Source: Escherichia phage mio
Sequence record: MN850631.1
Reading direction: 5' to 3' (one strand)
Length of the DNA stretch: 64,000 nucleotides
Shown here in pieces: positions 32,443-42,251 of the stretch (within the stretch, counting starts at the first letter, position 1; the number at the start of each line of letters is the position of its first letter). The position numbers and the translations under genes are program-made. The notes beneath the pieces are model-generated. The model worked only from the letters and a program-made list of their open reading frames with translations, was not told the origin of the DNA and ran no database searches.

Positions 32443-33300
32443 TTAGTCTTCTGTATCGAAGTCTTCATCTTCTTCGTCATCTGGGTCTGGCAAATCTTCA
32501 TCATCACCATCATCAGAAGCATTCGAAGGTTTATGGTCTGTTGCATCTTCTTCAGTGATTTCACCGTTATCTTCAACACCATCAAGACCAAGCATAGCCA
32601 GTTCATCTTCATCCAGTTCAGGTTCACCATTAGCACCGTTACCACCAGTGTAAGGTACAAGGGTATCAATGATAAACTGTTCCTGAATAGGTTTTGTCAG
32701 AACATTGTTCTCAAAAGTGTAGAAGTGAGTAGAAAGAATCACACTACCAAAAGAACCGTTACCAACTGCGATATCTGGATGAATTACGTCATAGTTCTTG
32801 TCATCTTCATGTTTATCAGATGCTTGAGCTTTGATTTTCTTCATCGGCTGCTTAACAGCTACACGCTTACCATTTACTTCTTCAATCAGCATTACAGGGA
32901 ATGACTGTTTAGCTGTCCATACAGCACCATCTTTATAAGCTGCTGCACGACTTACTTTCAAGATGTAGTAAGTGTCTGCTTCAAAAGGTGGTTTACAACC
33001 AAACTTCTCTTCGAAGTCATCTGCATCAACTGCTTCAGTAGTAACTTTATCCCAGCCTTCTGGATTTTTCTTAGACTTAGTAAACTCTTTAAACAGTTTG
33101 TTACCGTCTTCTGCCAGAATTGATACGCTGTAGTTACAATCTTTTCCTGGGAATTTCTTGTCAATGGATTTACCTTTTCCCGGACGTGGTGAAGTGTTCA
33201 GGTAATAAAACCACACATCTTTCAGAAGGTAACGCAGAGTTTGACGTTCAGTACCATTGTACTTCTCTACCGGAGCTTTCATTTTAACAACTTTAGACAT
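32443..33300 (-). CDS. putative single-stranded DNA-binding protein with acidic C-terminal tail
   Basis: 285 aa; C-terminus DDGDDEDLPDPDDEEDEDFDTED; sits between RNase H and primase-helicase. Confidence 0.45.
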   Translation of the reverse strand: MSKVVKMKAPVEKYNGTERQTLRYLLKDVWFYYLNTSPRPGKGKSIDKKFPGKDCNYSVSILAEDGNKLFKEFTKSKKNPEGWDKVTTEAVDADDFEEKFGCKPPFEADTYYILKVSRAAAYKDGAVWTAKQSFPVMLIEEVNGKRVAVKQPMKKIKAQASDKHEDDKNYDVIHPDIAVGNGSFGSVILSTHFYTFENNVLTKPIQEQFIIDTLVPYTGGNGANGEPELDEDELAMLGLDGVEDNGEITEEDATDHKPSNASDDGDDEDLPDPDDEEDEDFDTED

Positions 33301-33372
33301 TATTTAAACCTCTATCTCAATTTATGAAGAGTACCAATTCTAATTTGTTGATACTCTATTGTCAAACATTAA

Positions 33373-33522
33373 TTACTGGAAGTTGTGCTTATCTTTAGAA
33401 GCTGCTTTACGTGCAGTTTTTCCAGTTCTTACACGCTTCTCTTCATAGTATTTTGCTGGTTTTCCAGCAGTGGCTTTTAAGGAATCCCCAAAAACTTTTT
33501 CAAATGCTTTAGAGTGTTTCAT
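33373..33522 (-). CDS. small lysine-rich protein (49 aa), not in ORF track
   Basis: Hand translation MKHSKAFEKVFGDSLKATAGKPAKYYEEKRVRTGKTARKAASKDKHNFQ; ATG overlaps upstream stop (ATGA). Confidence 0.3.
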   Translation of the reverse strand: MKHSKAFEKVFGDSLKATAGKPAKYYEEKRVRTGKTARKAASKDKHNFQ

Positions 33523-33806
33523 GATATTCTCCGATATACTTGATATTCAAACACATTTTCTTTAATTATAAACAGCCAACTAATATTATGCTGAGGTAGT
33601 GCAATGATGACCGTAATCATGCTCTGATGGAAATCTTGTTTTGTCTCAACTTCCCCATCGCATTTCATGTGGAGCATTCTATAGAACCTATCAATCTTTG
33701 TCAAACACTCTTCCTGAAATTTATTTAAACTTTTTTCTTCAAAGAAGGGTGTGAACCCCTCTCTTTTATAACTATCACTCAGTTTCGAATGGGCAGTCAT
33801 CTGCAT
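33519..33806 (-). CDS. hypothetical protein (about 95 aa); start uncertain (ATG 33806 or 33800; track start is GTG)
   Basis: Overlaps the 3' end of the primase-helicase gene. Confidence 0.35.
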   Translation of the reverse strand: MQMTAHSKLSDSYKREGFTPFFEEKSLNKFQEECLTKIDRFYRMLHMKCDGEVETKQDFHQSMITVIIALPQHNISWLFIIKENVFEYQVYRRIS

Positions 33807-35760
33807 CCTCACTTAATACAGGTGGAATCGTTGAGCTTTGACGCTGCTCTTCAGTATAGACTTCACCAGTCTCACGGTCAAATACTTCATCCTCATAATG
33901 TGGCAAAGAGTCATCGTAATGGTCTTCAGTTTCACCAATACCAAACTGTTGGCGAATATTTTCTGCCGCACCATCAATGTCAACTCCACAACCAGAGGCT
34001 TTAATGAGACGTCCTGTATCTGGATTGTACCAAGTATGACCAGCAATACCCGTTGACTTACCGTGACGACGACACTTAGTTAACTTGATTTTTGTCAAGT
34101 TTTTCTTAACAGGGTCTGGGTCAACCTTGTTACGCATTAACAGAATGTTGTTCATAGAAATCTGGAAATACGCACCAGAGCCTTTAATATCCTCTTCAGA
34201 GATATCCCCACCTTCAGAGTTAGCCTTCTGACCACCTGCACTCTTACGAACGTGACAGACGTTCACCTGTGCATACTGGTAGCGTTTGCAACGACGCAAT
34301 AGCTCAGATAAAACTTCCTCTTCATCCGTATCTGAACGTGACAGAGCCAACGTAATAGGGTCAAGAATAATAATCTTGCAGTCTAGACTATTAACAAGAT
34401 AGTCAACAAACTCCAGCAAGTTATCTTGGTCAATTGCCCCTTGATGGTCTACGATGTGGATACGACGGCCTTTAGATAGCTCTGCGTGTGCTTCCTTCAA
34501 TTCATCCCAATCACGTTCGTCATAAGGAATCTCAGAAATCTGCTTGCTCAGGTGGATTGCACAGAGCATCTCCATCAACTCTTCATAGGTATCTTCAACA
34601 GGAATTACACCAATATTGTAATCGGTATCTTTCCAAGCGGTGTAAATCATTTCACGAGTGTATGCTGATTTACCCACTGAAGATGGTGCTGCCAGAGTTG
34701 TAATCTCACCTAAACCGTAACCACCATAAGTCAGTCTGTTCAAATCTCCGAAAGATTCTGGGAAAGGAATCAATGGAATCTGACCACGATTCTTCATTGC
34801 CTCAAAACCATCTGCGAAGTTCTTGATACCAGCAGGACAGTAACGAGGTGCATTGTAGATACGCTGCTTAAATCCTTCCAGAACTGTATCTTTCTCTTTA
34901 TAGAACTTTGTCCACCACTCGTTAAGGTCTTTTACACCCTCTGGGTACTGGAATAAACGAACCTTCTCAATAGGTAGGATACCAGCAGCCTCTTTAGTAG
35001 CTTTAGCACCTGCTTCATCATTATCAAAGCACAAGTAAATCTCATCAAATGATGTAATGTACTGATAGTTATCCTTGATAGACTTGATGTTTGCACCTGA
35101 TGGAACAGATACGTGACAGTAATTCTTACGACGAGACTTGTCCTTAATCGCAAGAGAAGTCATATAGATTGCTGTCGCACATTCCATCTCACCTTCCCAG
35201 ATGAATAGACGGTTACCACCTTCTGGAGCAATCCATGAACCGAACATCGCCAGTTCACCTTTAATGTCTCCAACACCACCTGAGAAGTCTTTTAGCTTAC
35301 CTCGTAGGTGTTCTTTTGGATGGTCTTCTGGATAGCGATGCCGTACACGGTAGCCAACATGTTCTAGCTTACCATCTTCATTACGTTTGTAAGTTGGGTA
35401 GAAATGTGCGTCAATTTCACCGTCACTGTCAATGTCAACCTTGATACCCAAACGCTCAAGGACTTTTGCAGGAATCTTCCTGTCTTTCAAGTCCATTGCT
35501 TCTAGGTTTTCTTTTACATCGTCTAAATCCATTCCACGGAAAGTACGGTTTTTATTGTCTGAACCAGTAGAATAAGTGCTCACGATTTGTCCTTTATCAA
35601 AATCCCACTCTGGGAAACCTTTGTTACAACTAAAGCAAGTCATCGAATAAGAATCATCGTCATGATGATAGATTGAACCAGCATCTGATGAACCACAACG
35701 TGGACATGCACAATGACCAATAAACTGACCAGCCTCTTTCAACTTACGACCTTTAGACAT
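33775..35760 (-). CDS. DNA primase-helicase (T7 gp4-like); start moved to ATG 35760
   Basis: N-terminal zinc ribbon CACPRCG...CFSCNKG; C-terminal DnaB-like helicase with Walker A ...APSSVGKS; track start is GTG. Confidence 0.85.
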   Translation of the reverse strand: MSKGRKLKEAGQFIGHCACPRCGSSDAGSIYHHDDDSYSMTCFSCNKGFPEWDFDKGQIVSTYSTGSDNKNRTFRGMDLDDVKENLEAMDLKDRKIPAKVLERLGIKVDIDSDGEIDAHFYPTYKRNEDGKLEHVGYRVRHRYPEDHPKEHLRGKLKDFSGGVGDIKGELAMFGSWIAPEGGNRLFIWEGEMECATAIYMTSLAIKDKSRRKNYCHVSVPSGANIKSIKDNYQYITSFDEIYLCFDNDEAGAKATKEAAGILPIEKVRLFQYPEGVKDLNEWWTKFYKEKDTVLEGFKQRIYNAPRYCPAGIKNFADGFEAMKNRGQIPLIPFPESFGDLNRLTYGGYGLGEITTLAAPSSVGKSAYTREMIYTAWKDTDYNIGVIPVEDTYEELMEMLCAIHLSKQISEIPYDERDWDELKEAHAELSKGRRIHIVDHQGAIDQDNLLEFVDYLVNSLDCKIIILDPITLALSRSDTDEEEVLSELLRRCKRYQYAQVNVCHVRKSAGGQKANSEGGDISEEDIKGSGAYFQISMNNILLMRNKVDPDPVKKNLTKIKLTKCRRHGKSTGIAGHTWYNPDTGRLIKASGCGVDIDGAAENIRQQFGIGETEDHYDDSLPHYEDEVFDRETGEVYTEEQRQSSTIPPVLSEDADDCPFETE

Positions 35761-35953
35761 TAGCACCTCTTCGTTGTAGTTCTGCTTTTAATCCATTTTC
35801 AATCTTGTCAAGTTCATGAATTTCATCTGCAATCTCTTTCCTTCGCGATTCAACTCTCTTAAGACGTTCAATCATTACCTCATTGGAAAGAGATGAGAGT
35901 TCCACTAAACGGTGGTCAATAACTTTAAAATTGTCTTTTACTCTCATCTTCAT
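35753..35953 (-). CDS. small coiled-coil protein (66 aa)
   Basis: ATG 35951-35953 preceded by AAGAGAGA. Confidence 0.45.
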   Translation of the reverse strand: MKMRVKDNFKVIDHRLVELSSLSNEVMIERLKRVESRRKEIADEIHELDKIENGLKAELQRRGANV

Positions 35954-35961
35954 TCTCTCTT

Positions 35962-36705
35962 TTAAATCTTCAGGATAGCTCTTAACTTGCTCTCAAGGTC
36001 TGCAAGAGTACCATTATTATGAATAATGTCACGCTCATATTTTGTAGAAATGCCATTTTCTGAAACATGTGATGAAACTTTGTTCACATTGTCTCTTTTT
36101 ACTTCAATGGTTTGGTGTGCAAATCTACTCAGCCACTCAGCTTCAGAGTCAAATCTCAAATCACTGATTAAAACAACACCTTCTTGATTTCTAAGTGAGC
36201 ACATTTCATGGAATCTAACCATTCTTTTTTCAAGGTCTTTAGACCAGAACTTGTCGCCCATTACTTTACGGACAACTTCAGTACCCCAAATCTGTTGAAT
36301 TTGTCTTGATGAGAATTTATACTTTTTGCTAAATCCCAGACGTGTCAATAGAGTCGGTTTAGCAACCTTCTTAAGCTCCATGATTAATCGTCCGGTTAAT
36401 TCTGACATAAGCTTGAAGTCCATATGGTAACGTTCATCTCTGAAGGTGAACTCCATAGCTTCCGTAACTTTAAGCATCAGCTCAGGATATGATAAGTCAA
36501 AAACCTGCGGAGCCTCTTTAGTTTCACCGTACAGGTCATTCCAAGTCAAGTCAAATATCTTTGATGCAGATAGTTTAAGGTTGTCTGCAAAGGCCATTAC
36601 TTCAACATTGTAGCCGTACTCATCCTCTAAGATGTTCTTCACAATAGAACATGAGGTGTCTTTTCCAGAACGTGCCTTTCCAGTAAATGCGATGATTTTA
36701 CTCAT
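35962..36705 (-). CDS. deoxynucleoside monophosphate kinase-like protein
   Basis: N-terminal P-loop FTGKARSGKDT as in phage dNMP kinases. Confidence 0.55.
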   Translation of the reverse strand: MSKIIAFTGKARSGKDTSCSIVKNILEDEYGYNVEVMAFADNLKLSASKIFDLTWNDLYGETKEAPQVFDLSYPELMLKVTEAMEFTFRDERYHMDFKLMSELTGRLIMELKKVAKPTLLTRLGFSKKYKFSSRQIQQIWGTEVVRKVMGDKFWSKDLEKRMVRFHEMCSLRNQEGVVLISDLRFDSEAEWLSRFAHQTIEVKRDNVNKVSSHVSENGISTKYERDIIHNNGTLADLESKLRAILKI

Positions 36706-36766
36706 TTTATCTCCATTAATTACTAAAAAGCCCCCAACTAAGGAGGCTTGTAAGATTTATAAAGAC

Positions 36767-37567
36767 TTAGTGCAGTTGGTCAGCAGACTCTTTTTCAGCC
36801 ATAGTTGAGAGTTGCTTCACAAAATCATCACCGAAGTTAATGCGCAGTTTCTCTTCAATGATTGAAGCACCAATATTCACCAAAACATCATTGATTGCTT
36901 GCATACTAACACCACCAGTCATCTCCTCGATGAACTCCATACTCACACCCATCATCTGTGACAGTTGGATTAGTGCAACGATATTCATCATTGTAGAGAT
37001 AGCTGGAATCATCAGTGCAACTTTCACCTGAAGTGGTTCGATGTCAGCAACAGAGTCATTCTCAACAGCTTCTTCCAAAGACTCTTTAGTTTGCTGGATA
37101 ATCTCTTTGATTCGTGGGTTTAGCTCTTCTACACCCCAATCAAGTTTTTCATATCGTGAAAGCTTTTCTTCCATGCGCTTCTCAAGAACAGCCATAACAG
37201 CACTCGTTGATGAGATAAGCATATCAATAATGAAATCAGTGTCCTTAGTCAGCAACAGCTCCTTATCTTCATCTGACATCCTGATATAGTCATTCTTTTG
37301 CATTTCATAAAAAATGAACTCAGCAAGAGCATCAACACCAACTGCAATAGATGCTAGAGCAAGTGTAGTGTCTGTCAACATCATGTTAACCTGTTCTGCA
37401 AAAGCACCGTTATCAGACTTATCTTCAGGCAAGTTATAGCTTGCAGGCATAAACTGTTTTGTGTAGTTGTTCCCACGAAGAATCATAGCCATGCTTTCTA
37501 CGGCATTGATTAAAAATGCCTCGTCAATACCCTTTTCTTCAAGCATCTTTTCTACATCAATATTCAT
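36767..37567 (-). CDS. hypothetical protein (266 aa), acidic
   Basis: ATG 37565-37567 preceded by CTGAGAGAGA. Confidence 0.55.
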   Translation of the reverse strand: MNIDVEKMLEEKGIDEAFLINAVESMAMILRGNNYTKQFMPASYNLPEDKSDNGAFAEQVNMMLTDTTLALASIAVGVDALAEFIFYEMQKNDYIRMSDEDKELLLTKDTDFIIDMLISSTSAVMAVLEKRMEEKLSRYEKLDWGVEELNPRIKEIIQQTKESLEEAVENDSVADIEPLQVKVALMIPAISTMMNIVALIQLSQMMGVSMEFIEEMTGGVSMQAINDVLVNIGASIIEEKLRINFGDDFVKQLSTMAEKESADQLH

Positions 37568-37568
37568 A

Positions 37569-37991
37569 TTATTTCTCTCTCAGTTGGTTAAGTTTCTTTC
37601 TAGAACATTTTAAGTTTTCAGATGAAGAAAAGTCAAGTGTCTTTTCAGAACGTGGATAGTAGTGCCTATCCCAAGAAGTTTCAACATCGTTAATCAGTGA
37701 CGCTAGATTACACAGGTCTGTACCACTTTGCAACTTCTTTTTAAGAGAATCTAGTAAAGCAACTGTGTCTTTAGCTTTACGTCTAGCTGTAGCAACATCT
37801 TTCATATGCTCAAATACAGAGCATTTCAAGTCATCTTCATAGTTTTCAGACAACTCTATTTCATGTTGTATATCAACCATTCTCCTGTGATGGTGAGCAT
37901 ATTCCCGTTGAGCAGCAATGTCAAGTTCTTCCAACTTCTGCAAAGCTCTAACAAAGTCAGCTATGTCTGGGTGAACAAACATTTTCTGCAT
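37569..37991 (-). CDS. hypothetical protein (140 aa)
   Basis: ATG 37989-37991; first gene of leftward block, divergent from DNA polymerase. Confidence 0.5.
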   Translation of the reverse strand: MQKMFVHPDIADFVRALQKLEELDIAAQREYAHHHRRMVDIQHEIELSENYEDDLKCSVFEHMKDVATARRKAKDTVALLDSLKKKLQSGTDLCNLASLINDVETSWDRHYYPRSEKTLDFSSSENLKCSRKKLNQLREK

Positions 37992-38248
37992 GTAAGCCTC
38001 TTTTAAGTAACTATTAAGTTTTAATCTTTTATCTTAACGTATTCTATACGTTATACTTTAAAGCTTTTTAAAAGCTATTAAATAATCTTTTAAGAGTTTT
38101 AAAGTATCTGTATAGTTAAACTGTTAAGTAACCTTTTAAGTAGAAACCCACTTCGCAAAGATTAACACCTTGTCAAGTACATTGTCAACTTGCTTTTTAT
38201 AATTTTTTGCAGTAATGTATGAGGTTAATGATTTTAGAGGGAGTAAAA

Positions 38249-40948
38249 ATGGAAAACGTAGATTTTAAAAACTTACATTTGGTTGGTGATACAGAAACTG
38301 ATGGTTTACTCCTTGAGTTCACTAAAGTTCACGTAATGGCCTTTGCAGACTATAAATCTGACGATGAAGAGCCACCTGTATGGGTCTTTACAGATGAGCC
38401 TATCCTCGGTCACAAGTACACTAAGTACATTAAGGGTGGCTTACGAGAAGGTATTGAGTTTGCGTTAAAGGCAAAACGTCTTTGCATCCATAATGGTCTC
38501 GGTTATGACTGGTGGGTTTTCAATCACATTGCACCTGATTTATGGAACTTTGATAATCCAAAGTGTAAACCGTGGAGTAATTTCTTTCAGGACTCTCTTA
38601 TCCAGTCTCGTGTTCAGTGGATGGATAGACCAACTCCAAAGGGTTATAAAGGTGCTCATGGCTTGGCTGCATGGGGTGCTCGTGTTGGTGTTCGTAAGCC
38701 AGAGATTGAGCATTGGGGTGTGTGGAATGCAGAAATCTTCACTCGTGTTGTAGAGGATATCCGTATTAACGCCAAAACTAAACGGGCACTTGATAATGAG
38801 TATCTCAAGCTTAAGAAGTGTGGCATAGACACTTATGAAACCTATATGCGAGCCAAAGAGACATCTTTCTGGATGAGCCAGCAAGCTATTAATGGTTGGA
38901 AAGCTGATAAAGAGCTTATGGAGTTCCATGTAAAGGAACTTGACAAGTTGACTAATGAGCTTGCTTCAGAGGTTGAACCACATCTGCCTCCAACTATTAA
39001 GACTAAAGGTAAAGTTACTGGAGAAGAGTTTGCAAAAGCTTGGAATGAGTATGTTGAAACATTTGGTCATGCAGATGGACTGAAGAGAATTACCAAGTAC
39101 CCTAAGACAAAGTACCGTCAGCAGGTACGTAATGGTGAGATGCAGACATATGAAATCAAACCATTTGGTAAGCCAACTACAAAGATTTTTAACATTGAAA
39201 AGAGAAATTGCTATACACCAACCAACACTGTAACTGGTGAAGAGTACAAGGAAGGCTTTGTAGCAATGAAGGATGCTCGTGCAATTTGCAATGAGTTGAA
39301 CGCAAAGATTGGTAAGAAATGCAAAGACTGGAAGCCAGTAAAAACAGTCAAAACTGTGAAGTACTATAACAGTCATGTTGTTAACCACTTTGAACTTGAG
39401 TCAAGTCGCTACACAGGTTTGATTGATGCACCATATACACCAATTGAGTTCGAAGTTTCTCGTATGACTCAGGTAGCAGTTGTTAAAGACTACTTGAAAT
39501 CAGTTGGTTGGATTCCAGATGACTGGAACTATAAGAAAGACTCTGATGGTCGCCCTGTCAAAGTTTGTCGTTTCAAAGACAATAAAAAGATGATTACAAA
39601 ACATCCTAAGTGGCAGGAAATGGTTGAGCGGTGTGGTTTGAGCTATGTTGAACATGAAGGTGTCCAGTACATTGAGCATAACTGGTCTGTGAAGAAATAC
39701 ACAGATTTGCTTGAGCCTTGCTTAATCCGTACTTCACCAAAACTTACTGAATCATCTTATGATACGATTGAAGGTGAACTTGGACAGAAGATTGCTAAGT
39801 ACTACACTTTGATGCACCGACGCAGAACTATTGAGAACTCAAAGGATGATGAAAAAGGTTGGTTGAACCAGATTCGCCCTGATGGTCGCCTTAGTGCTGG
39901 CGCAATGGTGTTTGGTACTTCAACTGGACGTATGACACAATATGGTATTGTAAACGTACCGTCTGGTGCTGCTGTCTATGGAGAACCAATGAGGGCAGTG
40001 TGGATTTGTGAGGAAGGTACTAACGTTGTCTCTGTAGATATGAACTCAGCCCAGCTAGTTCTTCTTTGTAACTTTATGGGTGATAAAGACTTCACCAAAG
40101 CGGTAACGCAAGGTAAAGAAGAGATTGAGTTTATTCGTCAAGAAGATGGACGCTATTACTGCAAACATTTTGATGAGTACCTAAACCCAGAGATTGATAA
40201 GTACCTTCGCTATGACTCTGAGAATGACCTGTACGTTGTCTATTCAGGGACTGATGCACATACACTTAACAGTGTTTACTTTAGCTTGAATGATGAGCAG
40301 GATATCTTGACTTGTCGAGCTACTCAGGATGAGAATCTTCTTCATGAGATTAGCAAAGGTCGTAAGAAAGCTAAGAATGGTATCTATGCACTACTGTTCG
40401 GTGCAGGTGATGAGAAGTTTGCTAAGACGATTAAAGCTGCGACTACTCAGGAAGGTGCGCTGACTAAACAGACTTACTTTATACGTTTGCCTAAAATTAA
40501 GAAGCTGTTAGATGACTTGGAAGCTGACTACAAAGCAACTAAAAAGGCGCTTGAAGAGGTGTTTGGTAAGACTGCTGCAATCTCTAAAGGGGGTTTTGTA
40601 AAGGTTGCTGGAGCTTGGTTGTGGTGTAAATCTCCACATAAGTTATTGAATTATTTGCTCATGGGTTCGGAAAGTCAGATTCAGAACGAGGCAATTAACC
40701 TTGCTTGCCGTCGTATGATTGACGAAGGTTTGATGAAGTTGAATGGTCGCAAACCAGCTATAGGTGCTCGTTTATTGTGCTCCTATCACGACGAGACGAG
40801 TTGGGAATGCCCAGAAAGTATGACGGCAGAGGTGAAGGCTGTCACTGATTGGTATTACGGGCAAGCTTCTAAGAACTTAGGTCTTAAGAAAGAAACACTT
40901 GTTACAGGTACTGGTAAGGTTGGCAAAAGCTGGTATGAGGTACACTAA
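38249..40948 (+). CDS. DNA polymerase, family A, with 3'-5' exonuclease domain; start set to ATG 38249
   Basis: Exo motif LVGDTETDGL; Pol motifs DMNSAQL (A), KGRKKAKNGIYALLFGAG (B), YHDETSWECP (C); AGAGGGAG RBS before 38249. Confidence 0.9.
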   Translation: MENVDFKNLHLVGDTETDGLLLEFTKVHVMAFADYKSDDEEPPVWVFTDEPILGHKYTKYIKGGLREGIEFALKAKRLCIHNGLGYDWWVFNHIAPDLWNFDNPKCKPWSNFFQDSLIQSRVQWMDRPTPKGYKGAHGLAAWGARVGVRKPEIEHWGVWNAEIFTRVVEDIRINAKTKRALDNEYLKLKKCGIDTYETYMRAKETSFWMSQQAINGWKADKELMEFHVKELDKLTNELASEVEPHLPPTIKTKGKVTGEEFAKAWNEYVETFGHADGLKRITKYPKTKYRQQVRNGEMQTYEIKPFGKPTTKIFNIEKRNCYTPTNTVTGEEYKEGFVAMKDARAICNELNAKIGKKCKDWKPVKTVKTVKYYNSHVVNHFELESSRYTGLIDAPYTPIEFEVSRMTQVAVVKDYLKSVGWIPDDWNYKKDSDGRPVKVCRFKDNKKMITKHPKWQEMVERCGLSYVEHEGVQYIEHNWSVKKYTDLLEPCLIRTSPKLTESSYDTIEGELGQKIAKYYTLMHRRRTIENSKDDEKGWLNQIRPDGRLSAGAMVFGTSTGRMTQYGIVNVPSGAAVYGEPMRAVWICEEGTNVVSVDMNSAQLVLLCNFMGDKDFTKAVTQGKEEIEFIRQEDGRYYCKHFDEYLNPEIDKYLRYDSENDLYVVYSGTDAHTLNSVYFSLNDEQDILTCRATQDENLLHEISKGRKKAKNGIYALLFGAGDEKFAKTIKAATTQEGALTKQTYFIRLPKIKKLLDDLEADYKATKKALEEVFGKTAAISKGGFVKVAGAWLWCKSPHKLLNYLLMGSESQIQNEAINLACRRMIDEGLMKLNGRKPAIGARLLCSYHDETSWECPESMTAEVKAVTDWYYGQASKNLGLKKETLVTGTGKVGKSWYEVH

Positions 40949-41009
40949 TTAGTATTGACAAGGTGCTCAGGGAAGAGTACCTTATACTATATCTTGTATA
41001 GGAGGTCAC

Positions 41010-41219
41010 ATGACGCTTTCGGAGATTGAAGTTCAGTTGCAATGTGCAGGTTATTCTCAAAAGGAGATTGAAGACATGCTTATTGTTATTTGCAGTGGTT
41101 ATAGAGTAAACCCTGAAGCTCTGCGTATAGCAGATATCTTTATTGCTGGAGGGAAAATCGCAAAAGATAAGACAGGATATTTGAAAGGTGAGCGTGTAGA
41201 CATCGAGAATTTGCTATGA
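41010..41219 (+). CDS. small protein (69 aa), paralog of 41422..41640
   Basis: GGAGG RBS; shares MTL...GGKIAKDKTGYLKGERVDIENLL with the downstream paralog. Confidence 0.5.
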   Translation: MTLSEIEVQLQCAGYSQKEIEDMLIVICSGYRVNPEALRIADIFIAGGKIAKDKTGYLKGERVDIENLL

Positions 41220-41425
41220 GCCACCGTGGAAGAACCCATGCAGCGATGATGAAAGGTGCTTCAAAGGAAACTATCAAGAACCGTAAGCAGAAGTTGTTTG
41301 AGAGAATGAACAGGTTAATTGACAATTCATCTCTTTCAGGTTCTGAGAAGGTTTTCTTGAAAGGTAATCTAAAAAGCATTGCACAAGAACTTGTAGATAT
41401 TGAATATTGGAGACATCAAAAATGA
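41216..41425 (+). CDS. hypothetical basic protein (69 aa)
   Basis: ATGA overlap with upstream gene. Confidence 0.5.
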   Translation: MSHRGRTHAAMMKGASKETIKNRKQKLFERMNRLIDNSSLSGSEKVFLKGNLKSIAQELVDIEYWRHQK

Positions 41426-41640
41426 CACTTGCAGACGTTATTCAGCAACTTCATGATAACTGCTACACTCCAGAGTTAATTCAGGAGATGTCCATTGTAG
41501 TCATGCCTAGCAAGTTCTTAAAAGGTTTTAATCGTGAGGCTTTAAAGGTCGCGCATATCCTTATCGTTGACGGTAAGATTGCAAGAGACCATACAGGTGT
41601 TCTTAAGGGTGAACGTATTGATATCTTGGAATTGCTATGA
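41422..41640 (+). CDS. small protein (72 aa), paralog of 41010..41219; start moved to ATG 41422
   Basis: MTLADVIQQL...DGKIARDHTGVLKGERIDILELL; track start 41407 is TTG. Confidence 0.5.
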   Translation: MTLADVIQQLHDNCYTPELIQEMSIVVMPSKFLKGFNREALKVAHILIVDGKIARDHTGVLKGERIDILELL

Positions 41641-41813
41641 ATAAGTTATATAGTCTCTGGGGAAGGATGGGTAAAGACTCTGACTGGAATCTGCTCAAAA
41701 CAAATGTAAAAAGTAATGAGATAGCGTACTACAAAATTCATTACTACAAAACTTTCAGAGAGCTTGAGTATCGTGAACAACAGACAGGAGAAGTATTATG
41801 TGGAAATCAGTAA
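41637..41813 (+). CDS. small protein (58 aa), not in ORF track
   Basis: ATG 41637 overlaps upstream stop (ATGA); hand-translated open frame to TAA 41811-41813. Confidence 0.3.
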   Translation: MNKLYSLWGRMGKDSDWNLLKTNVKSNEIAYYKIHYYKTFRELEYREQQTGEVLCGNQ

Positions 41814-42034
41814 TTGTGCTTGGTGTTATTTTTCTATCTGGCTGCAACCCTTCTTATGAAGATAAAAATGCTTCTTACAGCCTCCCACCAGAGATGCAAG
41901 ATTGCAGAGTATACAAGTTACATGGTGATGCTATAAGTAGGGATATTGTTGTGGTCAGATGTCCAAACTCTCAAACAACGACATCTTACAGCTATGGCAA
42001 AAATGGACAATCACATACTACGGTTATTGAGTGA
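41798..42034 (+). CDS. putative lipoprotein (78 aa)
   Basis: Signal MWKSVIVLGVIFLSGC with lipobox LSGC. Confidence 0.5.
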   Translation: MWKSVIVLGVIFLSGCNPSYEDKNASYSLPPEMQDCRVYKLHGDAISRDIVVVRCPNSQTTTSYSYGKNGQSHTTVIE

Positions 42035-42044
42035 GGTTTTCACG

Positions 42045-42251
42045 ATGGAAGTCCTAGTAAACTATATCTACTGTTATGATGTTATTCACTCCACTACAAC
42101 CGTAGCTCAACGTAACCCAATCGTCCCACGAGAAGGTGAGTTTGTTCGCATTGATGGTTGTACTTACACTGTGGAAAGCATCATTCATAAGTTTGATGTT
42201 GCTGGCGATGTTCAAGTTATCGACGTAGAGATTGGTGGTAAGAGAAAATGA
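42045..42251 (+). CDS. hypothetical protein (68 aa); trimmed from track ORF 41946..42251
   Basis: ATG 42045 preceded by GAGG; the longer ORF overlaps the lipoprotein gene. Confidence 0.45.
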   Translation: MEVLVNYIYCYDVIHSTTTVAQRNPIVPREGEFVRIDGCTYTVESIIHKFDVAGDVQVIDVEIGGKRK

